This document shows positions 33,028-42,810 of a DNA stretch of 64,000 nucleotides, in pieces. Every line of letters begins with the position of its first letter. Position 1 is the first letter of the stretch. Under the pieces are notes generated by a model, which saw only the letters and a list, made by a program, of their open reading frames with translations, was not told where the DNA came from and did no database searches. The DNA is from Spiribacter sp. (lineage in GTDB: Bacteria; Pseudomonadota; Gammaproteobacteria; Nitrococcales; Nitrococcaceae): assembly GCA_031581235.1 (NCBI GenBank), contig JAVLBW010000008.1, positions 32,811-96,810 on the forward strand, in the 5' to 3' direction. A program made the position numbers and the translations under genes.

Positions 33028-34485
33028 ATGCACGATCGCACCATTGCCGAGTTGTCGGCTGCGCTTGAGCGCGGCGATTTCTCCAGCGTTGAACTCACGC
33101 GCGCCACGCTTGAAGCCGTTGAGCACGGCGCGGGGCTAAACGCCTTCATCACCACCACCCCAGAGCTGGCGCTGGCGCAGGCACAGGCCGCCGATCAAGC
33201 CCGGGCCCGCGGCGAGGCCACAGCGCTCACCGGTGTGCCGATCGCCCATAAAGATATTTTTTGCACCGATGGTGTGCGTACCAGTTGTGGTAGCCGCATG
33301 TTGGATGGCTTTGCTCCACCCTACGATGCCCACGTCGTCGAGCGTATGCGCGCCGCGGGTGCGGTCATGGTGGGCAAAACCAATATGGATGAGTTTGCCA
33401 TGGGCTCATCTAACGAAACCAGTTACTACGGGCCGGTTAAAAACCCCTGGGACACCACCTGCGTGCCGGGTGGGTCGTCTGGCGGGTCGGCTGCGGCCGT
33501 GGCAGCGGGGCTCGTTGCGGGTGCGACCGGTACCGATACCGGCGGCTCAATTCGTCAGCCGGCGGCACTGACGGGCATTAGTGGTCTAAAGCCCACCTAT
33601 GGAAGGGTCTCGCGCTACGGCATGATTGCCTTTGCCTCCAGTCTTGATCAGGCCGGTCCGATGGCACGCAATGCCGAGGACTTGGCGCTTATGCTTGAGG
33701 CCATGGCCGGGTTTGATGCGCGTGACTCGACCTGCGTTGATACGCCGGTGCCGAATTATCACGCTGGGCTCAATGATTTTGAGCTAAAAGGCCTCAAGGT
33801 CGGCCTGCCGCGTGAATACTTTGCCACCGAGGGGGTGGATAGCGCGGTGAGGCAAGCGGTTGAAGCCGCGGTCGAGACATTGCGTGAGGCGGGCGCAGAA
33901 ATCCATGAGATATCGCTGCCCCATACCGAGCTCGCCGTGCCGGTCTACTACGTTATTGCCCCTGCCGAGGCATCATCTAACCTGTCGCGCTTTGATGGCG
34001 TGCGCTATGGCCATCGCTGCGCGGACCCCCAAGACCTTGAAGATCTCTACAAGCGCAGCCGCGCCGAGGGCTTTGGCGAGGAGGTGCAGCGCCGCATTAT
34101 GGTGGGCACCTACGCGCTGTCCGCGGGCTATTTTGATGCGTATTACCTGAAAGCCCAGCAGGTTCGGCGCATGATTCGCGATGATTTTGCCAAGGCGTTT
34201 GCCTCGGTCGATGTGATTGCGGGGCCAACCGCGCCGTCCCCAGCCTTTGCGATCGGCGCCAAGGCCGATGATCCGGTGCAGATGTATCTTTCCGATATTT
34301 TTACGATCGCCGTCAACCTCGCCGGGCTGCCCGCGCTGTCAGTGCCGGCCGGTTTGGCAGACCAGCGTCCGGTGGGGCTGCAGTTAATTGGCAATCACTT
34401 TGCCGAGGCTCAATTGCTTGGCGTCGCGCACGGCTATCAGCAGCGCACCGATTGGCATACCCAGCGACCATCAGGCGAGGGCTAG
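33028..34485 (+). CDS. gatA: Asp/Glu-tRNA amidotransferase subunit A
   Basis: [44 protein letters not shown]. Confidence 0.98.
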   Translation: MHDRTIAELSAALERGDFSSVELTRATLEAVEHGAGLNAFITTTPELALAQAQAADQARARGEATALTGVPIAHKDIFCTDGVRTSCGSRMLDGFAPPYDAHVVERMRAAGAVMVGKTNMDEFAMGSSNETSYYGPVKNPWDTTCVPGGSSGGSAAAVAAGLVAGATGTDTGGSIRQPAALTGISGLKPTYGRVSRYGMIAFASSLDQAGPMARNAEDLALMLEAMAGFDARDSTCVDTPVPNYHAGLNDFELKGLKVGLPREYFATEGVDSAVRQAVEAAVETLREAGAEIHEISLPHTELAVPVYYVIAPAEASSNLSRFDGVRYGHRCADPQDLEDLYKRSRAEGFGEEVQRRIMVGTYALSAGYFDAYYLKAQQVRRMIRDDFAKAFASVDVIAGPTAPSPAFAIGAKADDPVQMYLSDIFTIAVNLAGLPALSVPAGLADQRPVGLQLIGNHFAEAQLLGVAHGYQQRTDWHTQRPSGEG

Positions 34486-34489
34486 GACC

Positions 34490-35926
34490 ATGCAGTGGGA
34501 AACCATCATCGGCCTGGAGCTGCACGCGCAGCTAGCAACCAATACCAAGATATTCTCCGGCGCCTCGACCGCGTATGGCGGCTCGGCGAATACCCAAGCC
34601 TGTGCGATTGATTTGGGCATGCCCGGCATGCTGCCGGTGCTCAATGAGCGCGCGGTGGATTTTGCCATTCGGCTGGGTTTGGCTTTAGATGCCGAGGTGG
34701 CTGGGCGCTCGGTGTTTGCGCGCAAAAACTACTTTTACCCCGATTTGCCTAAGGGCTATCAGATCTCGCAGTACGAAATCCCGGTGGTCGGTCGTGGTCA
34801 CCTAGATATCGACCTCGACGATGGTCGCCGTAAGCGCATCGGCGTGACCCGCGCTCACCTCGAAGAAGATGCTGGCAAGAGCTTGCATGAGGGGTTTGCC
34901 GCCATGAGCGGCATAGATCTCAATCGCGCGGGGACGCCGTTACTCGAAATTGTCTCTGAGCCCGACCTGCGTTCAGCGGCCGAGGCGGTCGCCTATATGA
35001 AGAAGATGCACTCATTGGTGCGGTATCTGGGTATTTGTGATGGCAACATGCAAGAGGGCAGTTTTCGTTGTGATGCCAACGTCTCCGTGCGCCCGATGGG
35101 CACGCTCGAGCTAGGCACCCGCGCTGAGCTTAAAAACCTCAACTCGTTTCGATTTGTGGAAAAGGCGATTAACTACGAAGTCGAGCGCCAAATTGCGCAT
35201 ATTCAGGACGGTGGCACGGTCATTCAGGAGACGCGGTTGTTTGATGCGGATCGCGGAGTGACCCGGTCGATGCGAGGCAAGGAAGAAGCCAACGACTATC
35301 GCTACTTTCCGGATCCGGATTTATTGCCGCTTGAAATTAGCGTCGAGCAAATTCAAGCGGTGCGTGAAACCCTGCCAGAGCTGCCGGATGCCAAGCGCGA
35401 GCGTTTTGTCGCCGATTATGGGCTGAGTGACTATGACGCGGCGGTGTTAACGAGCAGCCGTGAGCTTGCCGATTACTTCGAAGCCGTTGCCGCGCGTTGT
35501 CCTGATGCCAAGCTCGCGGCCAACTGGGTCATGGGCGAGTTATCAGCGGCGCTCAACAAAGTCGGCCTCGAGATTGATCAAAGCCCGGTCGACGCCGCGA
35601 TGCTTGCCGGCCTGTTGGCCCGAATTAGTGATGAAACGATCTCGGGCAAGATCGCTAAAGAAGTGTTCGAGGCGATGTGGCAGGGCGCGGGCGATGCCGA
35701 TCGGGTTATTGCTGATCGCGGCCTTGAGCAGGTGAAGGACACGGGCGCCATTGAGGCGCTGGTGGAGGAAGCGATTGCCGCTAACCCCCAGCAGCTCGAG
35801 CAGTATCGGGCAGGCAAAACCAAACTCATGGGCTTTTTTGTGGGCCAAGTGATGAAAGCCTCGGGTGGCAAAGCCAACCCGCAGCAAGTCAATGAGATCT
35901 TGAAAGCGCGTTTGGATGGCGACTAG
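34490..35926 (+). CDS. gatB: Asp/Glu-tRNA amidotransferase subunit B
   Basis: [47 protein letters not shown]; start ATG 34490. Confidence 0.98.
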   Translation: MQWETIIGLELHAQLATNTKIFSGASTAYGGSANTQACAIDLGMPGMLPVLNERAVDFAIRLGLALDAEVAGRSVFARKNYFYPDLPKGYQISQYEIPVVGRGHLDIDLDDGRRKRIGVTRAHLEEDAGKSLHEGFAAMSGIDLNRAGTPLLEIVSEPDLRSAAEAVAYMKKMHSLVRYLGICDGNMQEGSFRCDANVSVRPMGTLELGTRAELKNLNSFRFVEKAINYEVERQIAHIQDGGTVIQETRLFDADRGVTRSMRGKEEANDYRYFPDPDLLPLEISVEQIQAVRETLPELPDAKRERFVADYGLSDYDAAVLTSSRELADYFEAVAARCPDAKLAANWVMGELSAALNKVGLEIDQSPVDAAMLAGLLARISDETISGKIAKEVFEAMWQGAGDADRVIADRGLEQVKDTGAIEALVEEAIAANPQQLEQYRAGKTKLMGFFVGQVMKASGGKANPQQVNEILKARLDGD

Positions 35927-35929
35927 CGC

Positions 35930-36820
35930 ATGAGCGATAAGCTTGAGCGGTTTATCTTTGAGCACGCCGACGTCCGCGGTGAGATCGTCCAGCTCGACCA
36001 GGCCTATGCGCAGATCCTGGCGCGCACCGATTACGCCCCGGCGGTGCAGCGGCTGGTGGGTGAGGGCTTGGCAGCCGTGGCGTTACTCGCGGCAACGCTT
36101 AAATATCCGAGCTCACTGACTTTGCAGGTGCAATCGCAAGGCCCGTTGTCGTTGCTGCTGGTGCAAGCGGGCAGCGATGGCGCACTCCGTGCGATGGCGC
36201 GATCACGCGCTGAGTTGCCGGAGGTGGCTGATTTAGCGGCACAAGCGCAAAAGGGTACGCTCGCCATCACGATCGACCCGGAAGAGGGCGGTGAGCGCTA
36301 CCAAGGGGTGGTGGATTTAGCCGGTGGCAGTTTGGCGGCGGCGTTAGAGCATTATTTTCGCGAATCTGAGCAACTGCCCACGCAGGTCTGGCTCTCGGCC
36401 AGCGCCGATCAAGCGGCAGGTATGTTAATTCAACGCTTGCCCCGCGATGAAGCTAACGTGGCGGGTGAAGATGAAGACGCGTGGGAGCGGGCCGGGCATT
36501 TGGCTGCGACGGTGACCGGGGAGGAGTTGCGCGCGCTTGAGCCGAGCGAGGTGATGCGGCGGCTTTTTTACGAAGAAGATATCCGCGTTTTTGACCCCAT
36601 GCCGTTTCGATTTCGTTGCCGATGCTCGCGCGATCGCGTCGGGGCGATGTTGCATGGGCTGGGTGAGCAAGAAATGCGTGAGACGCTCGCCGAGCAAGGC
36701 CAAGTTGAGGTGCATTGTGATTTTTGCAATGAGCCCTATCGATTTGATGCCGTCGACATCGAAGCGTTATTCGCTGACCCAGCCGCGCAGCCAACTCGCC
36801 CGAGCCAGCGCTCGCACTAA
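35930..36820 (+). CDS. hslO: Redox-regulated chaperone Hsp33
   Basis: YQGVV, YFRESEQLPT, zinc centre CRCS...HCDFC. Confidence 0.96.
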   Translation: MSDKLERFIFEHADVRGEIVQLDQAYAQILARTDYAPAVQRLVGEGLAAVALLAATLKYPSSLTLQVQSQGPLSLLLVQAGSDGALRAMARSRAELPEVADLAAQAQKGTLAITIDPEEGGERYQGVVDLAGGSLAAALEHYFRESEQLPTQVWLSASADQAAGMLIQRLPRDEANVAGEDEDAWERAGHLAATVTGEELRALEPSEVMRRLFYEEDIRVFDPMPFRFRCRCSRDRVGAMLHGLGEQEMRETLAEQGQVEVHCDFCNEPYRFDAVDIEALFADPAAQPTRPSQRSH

Positions 36821-37557
36821 CGCTGACAGACCGGGCAATCGGGGTCGATGCGCAGGTCGAGTCGCCGCCAAGACTGGCTCAGCGCGTCGTTTATCAGTAG
36901 CCGGCTGTTGAGTGGTGTGCCTAGATCGGTCAGTACTTTAATCGTCTCCACCGCTTGCAGGCTGCCCATAACGCCGGGGAGTGGGCCGAGGACACCGGTC
37001 TCGCTGCAGCTCAATGCCTCTTCGCCCGTGTCTTCAAATACGCACCGATAACAGGGCCCGCCCTGATCCGGACGAAAGACCGCGAGCTGGCCGTCCATAC
37101 CGATTACCGCTGCGGCTACCAGCGGGGTTTGGGTGGCGACACAGGCGGCATTCACGGCAAACCGTGTGGCGAAGTTATCCGAGCCATCAACCACCACATC
37201 AACCGCATCTGCGAGTGCTTCGAGTTGCGTGGCCTCTAAGCGAGTGCTCAAGGCATGCACGGCAATCGTTGGGTTGAGGGCTTCAATGCGCTGGCAGGCG
37301 GCTTGTGTCTTGGGCTTGCCAACATCGTCGGTGGTGTAGAGGATTTGGCGTTGTAAGTTGGTGAGCTCGACCTGATCAAAGTCGGCCAAGTCCAAGCGGC
37401 CAACACCGGCGGCAGCCAAATAGAGGGCGGCCGGTGAGCCAAGCCCCCCGAGCCCAACAATGAGGACGCGGCTATCCAAGAGCTTTTCCTGCCCGGCGAG
37501 GTCAAGCCCTGGGACCATAATTTGGCGGCTGTAGCGGCGTAGTTGTTCGTCATTCAC
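36817..37557 (-). CDS. HesA/MoeB/ThiF family E1-like adenylyltransferase
   Basis: RYSRQI, VGLGGLGS, SNLQRQ-like TNLQRQI, DGSDNF, CYRC and CPVC; no rhodanese domain; GTG start overlapping the prmC TGA. MoeB versus ThiF cannot be separated here. Confidence 0.9.
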   Translation of the reverse strand: MNDEQLRRYSRQIMVPGLDLAGQEKLLDSRVLIVGLGGLGSPAALYLAAAGVGRLDLADFDQVELTNLQRQILYTTDDVGKPKTQAACQRIEALNPTIAVHALSTRLEATQLEALADAVDVVVDGSDNFATRFAVNAACVATQTPLVAAAVIGMDGQLAVFRPDQGGPCYRCVFEDTGEEALSCSETGVLGPLPGVMGSLQAVETIKVLTDLGTPLNSRLLINDALSQSWRRLDLRIDPDCPVCQR

Positions 37558-38399
37558 GGCAACGCACTCCACTGAGCGCCGCTGACGCGCTCATGACCGG
37601 CGAGGTCGGAATGGGTTGTCACCTGATTAAAGCCGTTGCGGGTGAGCTGCGCGCGCACCGCCTCGCCCTGGCGATAGCCATGTTCAAGCCAAATCCAGCC
37701 ACCGGCTTGGAGGTGCTGCGGTGCCGCTTGGATAATCGCGCTGATCGCCTCCAGACCGGTGGCTCCAGCGCGCAGTGCCGCGCGGGGCTCAAAGCGGGCA
37801 TCACCTTGGTCGGGGTGGGGCTCGGCATCGGCGATATAGGGTGGGTTGGCAAGAATTAAATCAAAGCGCGCGCCATTGACGGGTGCGTACCAATTGCCTT
37901 GCTTAAATTGAATCGCTTCCGCTCCAAGGCGCTCGGCATTGTGACGAGCACAGGCAAGGGCCTGCGCGCACTGATCAACCGCCACAATTTGGGCGCTCGG
38001 CCAGGCGCGGGCCATGGCGATCGCAATACAACCGCTGCCTGTGCCCAGATCAAGGATGTGAGCACTGGGGTAATTGAGTGCGGTGGTGATTAGCAGTTCG
38101 GTTTCCGGGCGCGGAATCAGTACCGCGGCGTCGATGCTCAGGGTGAAATCCATAAACCCGCGCTCGCCAACACAGTAAGCGACCGGTTCGCCGCCGGCGC
38201 GACGCGAAAGTAAGGCTTCAAAGGCTTGCCAGGCGCTCGGTGCAAGCGCGGCTTCGGGGTGCGAGCGCATTCGCAGGCGCGACGCCCCGCTGGCCTTTTC
38301 GAGTAGGTATTCGGCATCGGCGGCTGCGCTGGGGCTAACCGCTTGGAGGCATTGCACGCCGTACTGACGGGCTTCGCCGAGCGTCATCGGCGCTGTCAC
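37554..38399 (-). CDS. prmC: Release factor glutamine N5-methyltransferase
   Basis: GEPVAY, LIPRPETE, LDLGTGSG, NPPY, LEHG. Confidence 0.96.
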   Translation of the reverse strand: MTAPMTLGEARQYGVQCLQAVSPSAAADAEYLLEKASGASRLRMRSHPEAALAPSAWQAFEALLSRRAGGEPVAYCVGERGFMDFTLSIDAAVLIPRPETELLITTALNYPSAHILDLGTGSGCIAIAMARAWPSAQIVAVDQCAQALACARHNAERLGAEAIQFKQGNWYAPVNGARFDLILANPPYIADAEPHPDQGDARFEPRAALRAGATGLEAISAIIQAAPQHLQAGGWIWLEHGYRQGEAVRAQLTRNGFNQVTTHSDLAGHERVSGAQWSALP

Positions 38400-38662
38400 T
38401 TGAGCCCGGCGGCGCGCAGGTTAATCGCTTGGTTTTCGAGCATCACCGGAATGCCATCATCGACGCGATACACGCGCTCTTCGTTGTCGGTAATGAGCCC
38501 CTGCTCAAGCGCGGTATCAACGACGCTGTCATCTTGGTAGCGGACACGGCCGGCCATAATTTGCTCGTTGAGCGCTTTGAGCTCGCTGCGATTCATGCTG
38601 CGCACGGGTTGTTTGGTCACCGGGCAGCACAAGACATCGAGGAGTTTACGATCAATCGCCAT
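38396..38662 (-). CDS. Trm112 family protein, long 88-aa form
   Basis: LLDVLCCPVTK N-terminus and YRVDDGIPVML C-terminus with a central insert; SD aagga upstream. Confidence 0.88.
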   Translation of the reverse strand: MAIDRKLLDVLCCPVTKQPVRSMNRSELKALNEQIMAGRVRYQDDSVVDTALEQGLITDNEERVYRVDDGIPVMLENQAINLRAAGLK

Positions 38663-38797
38663 GCGGATTTCCTTTCAATTGCCATTAGCCAAAAGAATAG
38701 CAGACCCGGTGCGGATACCGTCTCAACATAGCCAACGCGCTCATCTCGGGCTACCATATCGAGCTTGAAAATCAACGCATAGACTTGAGAGTTCATT

Positions 38798-39871
38798 ATG
38801 AGCGACGCGCCAATCGACAATCTCAATGTAGAGGCCCAAGAATTGCTGCCGACGCCCGCGGCGATCAAAGAGCGCCTGCCGCTTGGCGAGACCGGTCGTG
38901 CCACGGTTGAGTCGGGGCGCCACACGGTTGAAAAGATCTTGCAGGGCGCTGATCCGCGCTTGCTGGTCGTGATCGGGCCGTGCTCGATTCATGACGTCGA
39001 GGCCGCGAAGGATTACGCGCGGCGGCTCAAAGCACTACACGACGCGCTCGCTGACGAGCTGTTCATTGTCATGCGGGTTTACTTTGAAAAGCCGCGGACG
39101 ACCGTCGGTTGGAAAGGCTTAATTAACGATCCGGCGATGGATGATAGCTTTGATATCGAACAAGGACTGACCCGCGCGCGGGAGCTACTGCTATATCTCG
39201 CTGAAATTGGATTGCCGGCGGGGACAGAGGCGCTCGATCCGATCACGCCGCAGTATTTGGGTGATTTGATTAGCTGGACGGCGATTGGTGCCCGCACCAC
39301 CGAATCACAAACCCACCGCGAAATGGCGAGCGGTCTATCCACGGCGGTGGGCTTTAAAAATGGCACCGATGGCAGCCTTGATGTTGCTATTAATGCCATG
39401 CGCTCAGCGGCAAGTCGTCACAGCTTCTTAGGAATTACCCAGCAAGAAGGCCGCTCGGCGATTATTCGTACGGCTGGCAACCCGCATGGCCATGTCGTGC
39501 TGCGCGGCGGCAGCCAGCCCAATTACGATTCCGTTAGCTTGGCGCTGTGTGAAAAAGCACTGGCTGATGCCGGTTTGCCAACCCGCTTGATGGTTGACTG
39601 CAGCCACGCTAACTCGAATAAAGACCCGGCCTTACAACCGTTGGTGATGGAGAATTTGGTCAATCAAATTATTGAAGGCAACCGCTCGATTGTCGCGGTG
39701 ATGATTGAGAGCAACATTGGTTGGGGTGCGCAAAAACTCACCGCTAACCCGGCTGATCTTGAATATGGAGTCTCGATTACCGATGCCTGTATCGATTGGC
39801 CAACGACCGAGTCTTTATTGCGCGATGCCGCCACGCGCTTGGCTCAGCCGTTGATGGCGCGGGTTGGTTAA
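38798..39871 (+). CDS. 3-deoxy-7-phosphoheptulonate (DAHP) synthase, class I alpha (AroF/G/H type)
   Basis: GPCSIHD, MRVYFEKPRTTVGWKG, IGARTTESQTHR, DCSHANS, SITDACI; feedback isoform not assignable. Confidence 0.97.
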   Translation: MSDAPIDNLNVEAQELLPTPAAIKERLPLGETGRATVESGRHTVEKILQGADPRLLVVIGPCSIHDVEAAKDYARRLKALHDALADELFIVMRVYFEKPRTTVGWKGLINDPAMDDSFDIEQGLTRARELLLYLAEIGLPAGTEALDPITPQYLGDLISWTAIGARTTESQTHREMASGLSTAVGFKNGTDGSLDVAINAMRSAASRHSFLGITQQEGRSAIIRTAGNPHGHVVLRGGSQPNYDSVSLALCEKALADAGLPTRLMVDCSHANSNKDPALQPLVMENLVNQIIEGNRSIVAVMIESNIGWGAQKLTANPADLEYGVSITDACIDWPTTESLLRDAATRLAQPLMARVG

Positions 39872-39949
39872 CAACCGCTGGGATAATTTTAACTTGACCC
39901 GGGTGGCAACCAAGGGTTGAATCTGTCTCCGATTTAATGGAGGTGCAAA

Positions 39950-40381
39950 ATGACCGACAAGGCTTCCCTGCCCGTTCGAGGCATCGAACCTTACCAGCCT
40001 GAAACTGGCGAAGAGTACATGAACGAGCGTCAGCAAGCGCATTTTCAGGCCATTCTCGAAGCCTGGAAACAGCAACTTCTTGATGAAGTGGAACGCACAG
40101 TCAGTCATATGCGTGACGATGCCAATCACTACGCCGATCCGGCCGATCGGGCGACTCAGGAAGAGGAATTCGCGCTCGAGCTGCGGACCCGCGATCGTGA
40201 GCGCAAGTTAATCCGCAAAATCGACAAAACCATGGACCTCATTCGCAACGACGACTACGGTTTTTGCGAGCAATGCGGGGTTGAGATTGGCCTACGCCGG
40301 CTCGAGGCCCGTCCCACGGCGACCTTGTGCGTCGACTGCAAGACGCTCGAAGAAATCCGCGAAAAGCAGCGCGTCGCTTAA
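39950..40381 (+). CDS. dksA: RNA polymerase-binding protein DksA
   Basis: DPADRA coiled-coil tip, CEQC...CVDC zinc finger, SD ggaggt. Confidence 0.97.
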   Translation: MTDKASLPVRGIEPYQPETGEEYMNERQQAHFQAILEAWKQQLLDEVERTVSHMRDDANHYADPADRATQEEEFALELRTRDRERKLIRKIDKTMDLIRNDDYGFCEQCGVEIGLRRLEARPTATLCVDCKTLEEIREKQRVA

Positions 40382-41460
40382 TCCGCGAGCGCGGCGAGCT
40401 GATCGGCCTGATATTCGCTGATCAATGGATCGACAATGGGGTCGAGCTGCCCCATTAAAATCGCCTCAAGCTTATACAACGTCAGGTTAATCCGATGATC
40501 GGTCACGCGGCCTTGCGGATAGTTGTAGGTGCGAATGCGCTCAGAGCGGTCGCCGCTGCCAACCAGTAGTTTGCGCGTCTCACTGAGCTCGCTCGCCGCC
40601 GCCTCCTGTTGGGCATCCATCAGTCGGGCTTGCAATAAACTCAGCGCTTTAGCGCGGTTTTTGTGCTGCGAGCGCTCATCCTGACACTCAACCACCACCC
40701 CAGTGGGAATATGGGTCATACGCACCGCTGAGTCGGTTTTATTGACATGCTGACCGCCCGCTCCCGAAGCCCGGAAAGTGTCCACCTTCAGGTCTGCAGG
40801 GTTGATGTCGATGTCATCGAGCGTGTCGGCCTCCGGCAAAATCGCCACCGTACAGGCCGAGGTGTGGATGCGGCCCTGTGACTCGGTCGCGGGGACCCGT
40901 TGTACGCGGTGCGCGCCAGACTCGAACTTAAGGCGAGAGTAAACATTACGTCCGGCGAGCCGGGCGACCACCTCACGATAACCGCCTTGCTCGCCCTCGC
41001 TCTCGCTGATGATTTCGCTCTTCCAGCCCTGCTGCTCGGCGTAGCGCAAGTACATGCGCAATAAGTCACCGGCAAATAATGCCGCCTCATCGCCACCGGT
41101 GCCGGCTCGAATTTCGATAAACAAATTGCGTCCGTCGTTAGGATCCTCGGGCAGCATGAGGACTTTAAGTTCGGCTTCCAGCGCTTCGATACGCTCGGCG
41201 GTCGCGCTGATTTCGTCTTCGGCCATGGCCCGTAGCTCAGGATCACGCTCTTGGCGCATTTCTTCCGCCGCCGCGAGGTCAGCCTGCGCCGCATCGAGTG
41301 CGGCCATACTGCGAACGAGTGGCTCGAGACGGGCATATTCTTGCGACAGCCGGGTAAAGCGCTCGGTATCCGCGATTACTTCGGCGTCGGCTAATAGTCC
41401 TTCGATTTCTTCGTGGCGCTCAACCAAATGGTCGAGCTTACGGCGCAGGCTTTCATTCAT
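40378..41460 (-). CDS. prfA: Peptide chain release factor 1
   Basis: [20 protein letters not shown] (PxT motif), [17 protein letters not shown]. Confidence 0.99.
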   Translation of the reverse strand: MNESLRRKLDHLVERHEEIEGLLADAEVIADTERFTRLSQEYARLEPLVRSMAALDAAQADLAAAEEMRQERDPELRAMAEDEISATAERIEALEAELKVLMLPEDPNDGRNLFIEIRAGTGGDEAALFAGDLLRMYLRYAEQQGWKSEIISESEGEQGGYREVVARLAGRNVYSRLKFESGAHRVQRVPATESQGRIHTSACTVAILPEADTLDDIDINPADLKVDTFRASGAGGQHVNKTDSAVRMTHIPTGVVVECQDERSQHKNRAKALSLLQARLMDAQQEAAASELSETRKLLVGSGDRSERIRTYNYPQGRVTDHRINLTLYKLEAILMGQLDPIVDPLISEYQADQLAALAD

Positions 41461-42734
41461 TCGTCGTCTTCATCATGTTGTTCATCAAGGCCCAAGAGGA
41501 TCCGGCTTTGCCGGATGATTTCGGCATCACCCGTGCGGGCCGCATCACGCAGGCCCATGGTGGGTGGATGCAGTAGTTTGCGCGTCAACCGGTGCGCAAG
41601 CTCGTGCAGCGCTTTGTCCGCCGGTTGACCGGCCGCGAGTTGGCGTTGTGCATGGGCGAGTGCTTCATCGCGCTGGTGTTCGGCGTGTTGGCGATAGCGT
41701 CGAATGGCGCCCACCGCATCGAGCGTGCGAACCCAGTCCATAAACCGCGCGGCTTGTTCATCAACCAAGCGCTCGGCTTGATCGGCGGCATCAGCGCGCG
41801 AGCGCAGCCCACGATCAATGACATCACGCAGGTCGTCAACGGTATAAAGGTAGAGATCCGCCAAGTCCTCAGCCGCCGGGTCAATATCACGCGGCACGGC
41901 TAAATCGACAACAAAAATCGGCTGCCGCCGACGCGCGGTTAGCGCTTGGGCGAGGGTTGAGCGGGCGACGATGGGGGTGTCGCTCGCGGTGCAGGAGATA
42001 ACAATGTCAGCCTGGCGCAACGCGCGCCCAATATCCTCTAACCCCAGCGCCTCACCATGACAGAGCGCGGCGACGGCCTCAGCGCGGGAGCGGTTGCGGT
42101 TGGCGACTTGAATGCCAGCCATGCCCTGATCATAAAAATGCCGCGCGGTTAGTTCGATCATTTCACCGGCGCCGATCAGTAAGACCCGGCGTTTATCCAG
42201 CGAGCCGAAAATTTGCCGCGCTAATGTAACCGCCGCAAAGGCCACCGATACTGGGTGGGCACCGATGTCGGTCTCGGTGCGCACGCGCTTTGCCACCGAG
42301 AATGCATGCTGAAACAACCGATCAAGCACTTGCCCTAAGAGTCCGGCTCGGGTGGCGGAATGGTAGGCGAGCTTCGCCTGTCCAAGGATTTGTGGCTCGC
42401 CGAGCACTAATGAATCGAGCCCTGCAGCGACGCGTAACAGGTGCACGATGGCGTCACGGGCGTGCAGGGTGTAGAGATACGGTGCGAGTTCGTTTGGGGT
42501 GAGCGAGTGCTGGCTCTCTAGCCAGCGCTGCAACACCGCCGGCGAGCCCTCTGGGGTAAGCACCGCATAGATCTCGGTGCGATTGCAGGTCGACAGCACC
42601 GCCGCCTCGCGAACGCCAGGGCGGGCGGCAAGATCAGTCAACGCCTGATCGAGACGATCGGCTGCAAAGACCACTCGCTCTCTGACCGCAAGCGGCGCTG
42701 ATTGATGATTAAGGCCGAGGCTAACGACAGGCAT
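41457..42734 (-). CDS. hemA: Glutamyl-tRNA reductase
   Basis: [35 protein letters not shown]. Confidence 0.98.
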   Translation of the reverse strand: MPVVSLGLNHQSAPLAVRERVVFAADRLDQALTDLAARPGVREAAVLSTCNRTEIYAVLTPEGSPAVLQRWLESQHSLTPNELAPYLYTLHARDAIVHLLRVAAGLDSLVLGEPQILGQAKLAYHSATRAGLLGQVLDRLFQHAFSVAKRVRTETDIGAHPVSVAFAAVTLARQIFGSLDKRRVLLIGAGEMIELTARHFYDQGMAGIQVANRNRSRAEAVAALCHGEALGLEDIGRALRQADIVISCTASDTPIVARSTLAQALTARRRQPIFVVDLAVPRDIDPAAEDLADLYLYTVDDLRDVIDRGLRSRADAADQAERLVDEQAARFMDWVRTLDAVGAIRRYRQHAEHQRDEALAHAQRQLAAGQPADKALHELAHRLTRKLLHPPTMGLRDAARTGDAEIIRQSRILLGLDEQHDEDDE

Positions 42735-42810
42735 TAAGGTCCGGTTGGTTAGAGACTGGCAAAAAAATTGTAGGGCAGCACAAACGCAAGATACGTATAG
42801 TAAGGCTTTG

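Noticed and set aside
32705-35926. gatCAB in a gammaproteobacterium
   Set aside because: Normal outside enterobacteria, vibrios and pasteurellas
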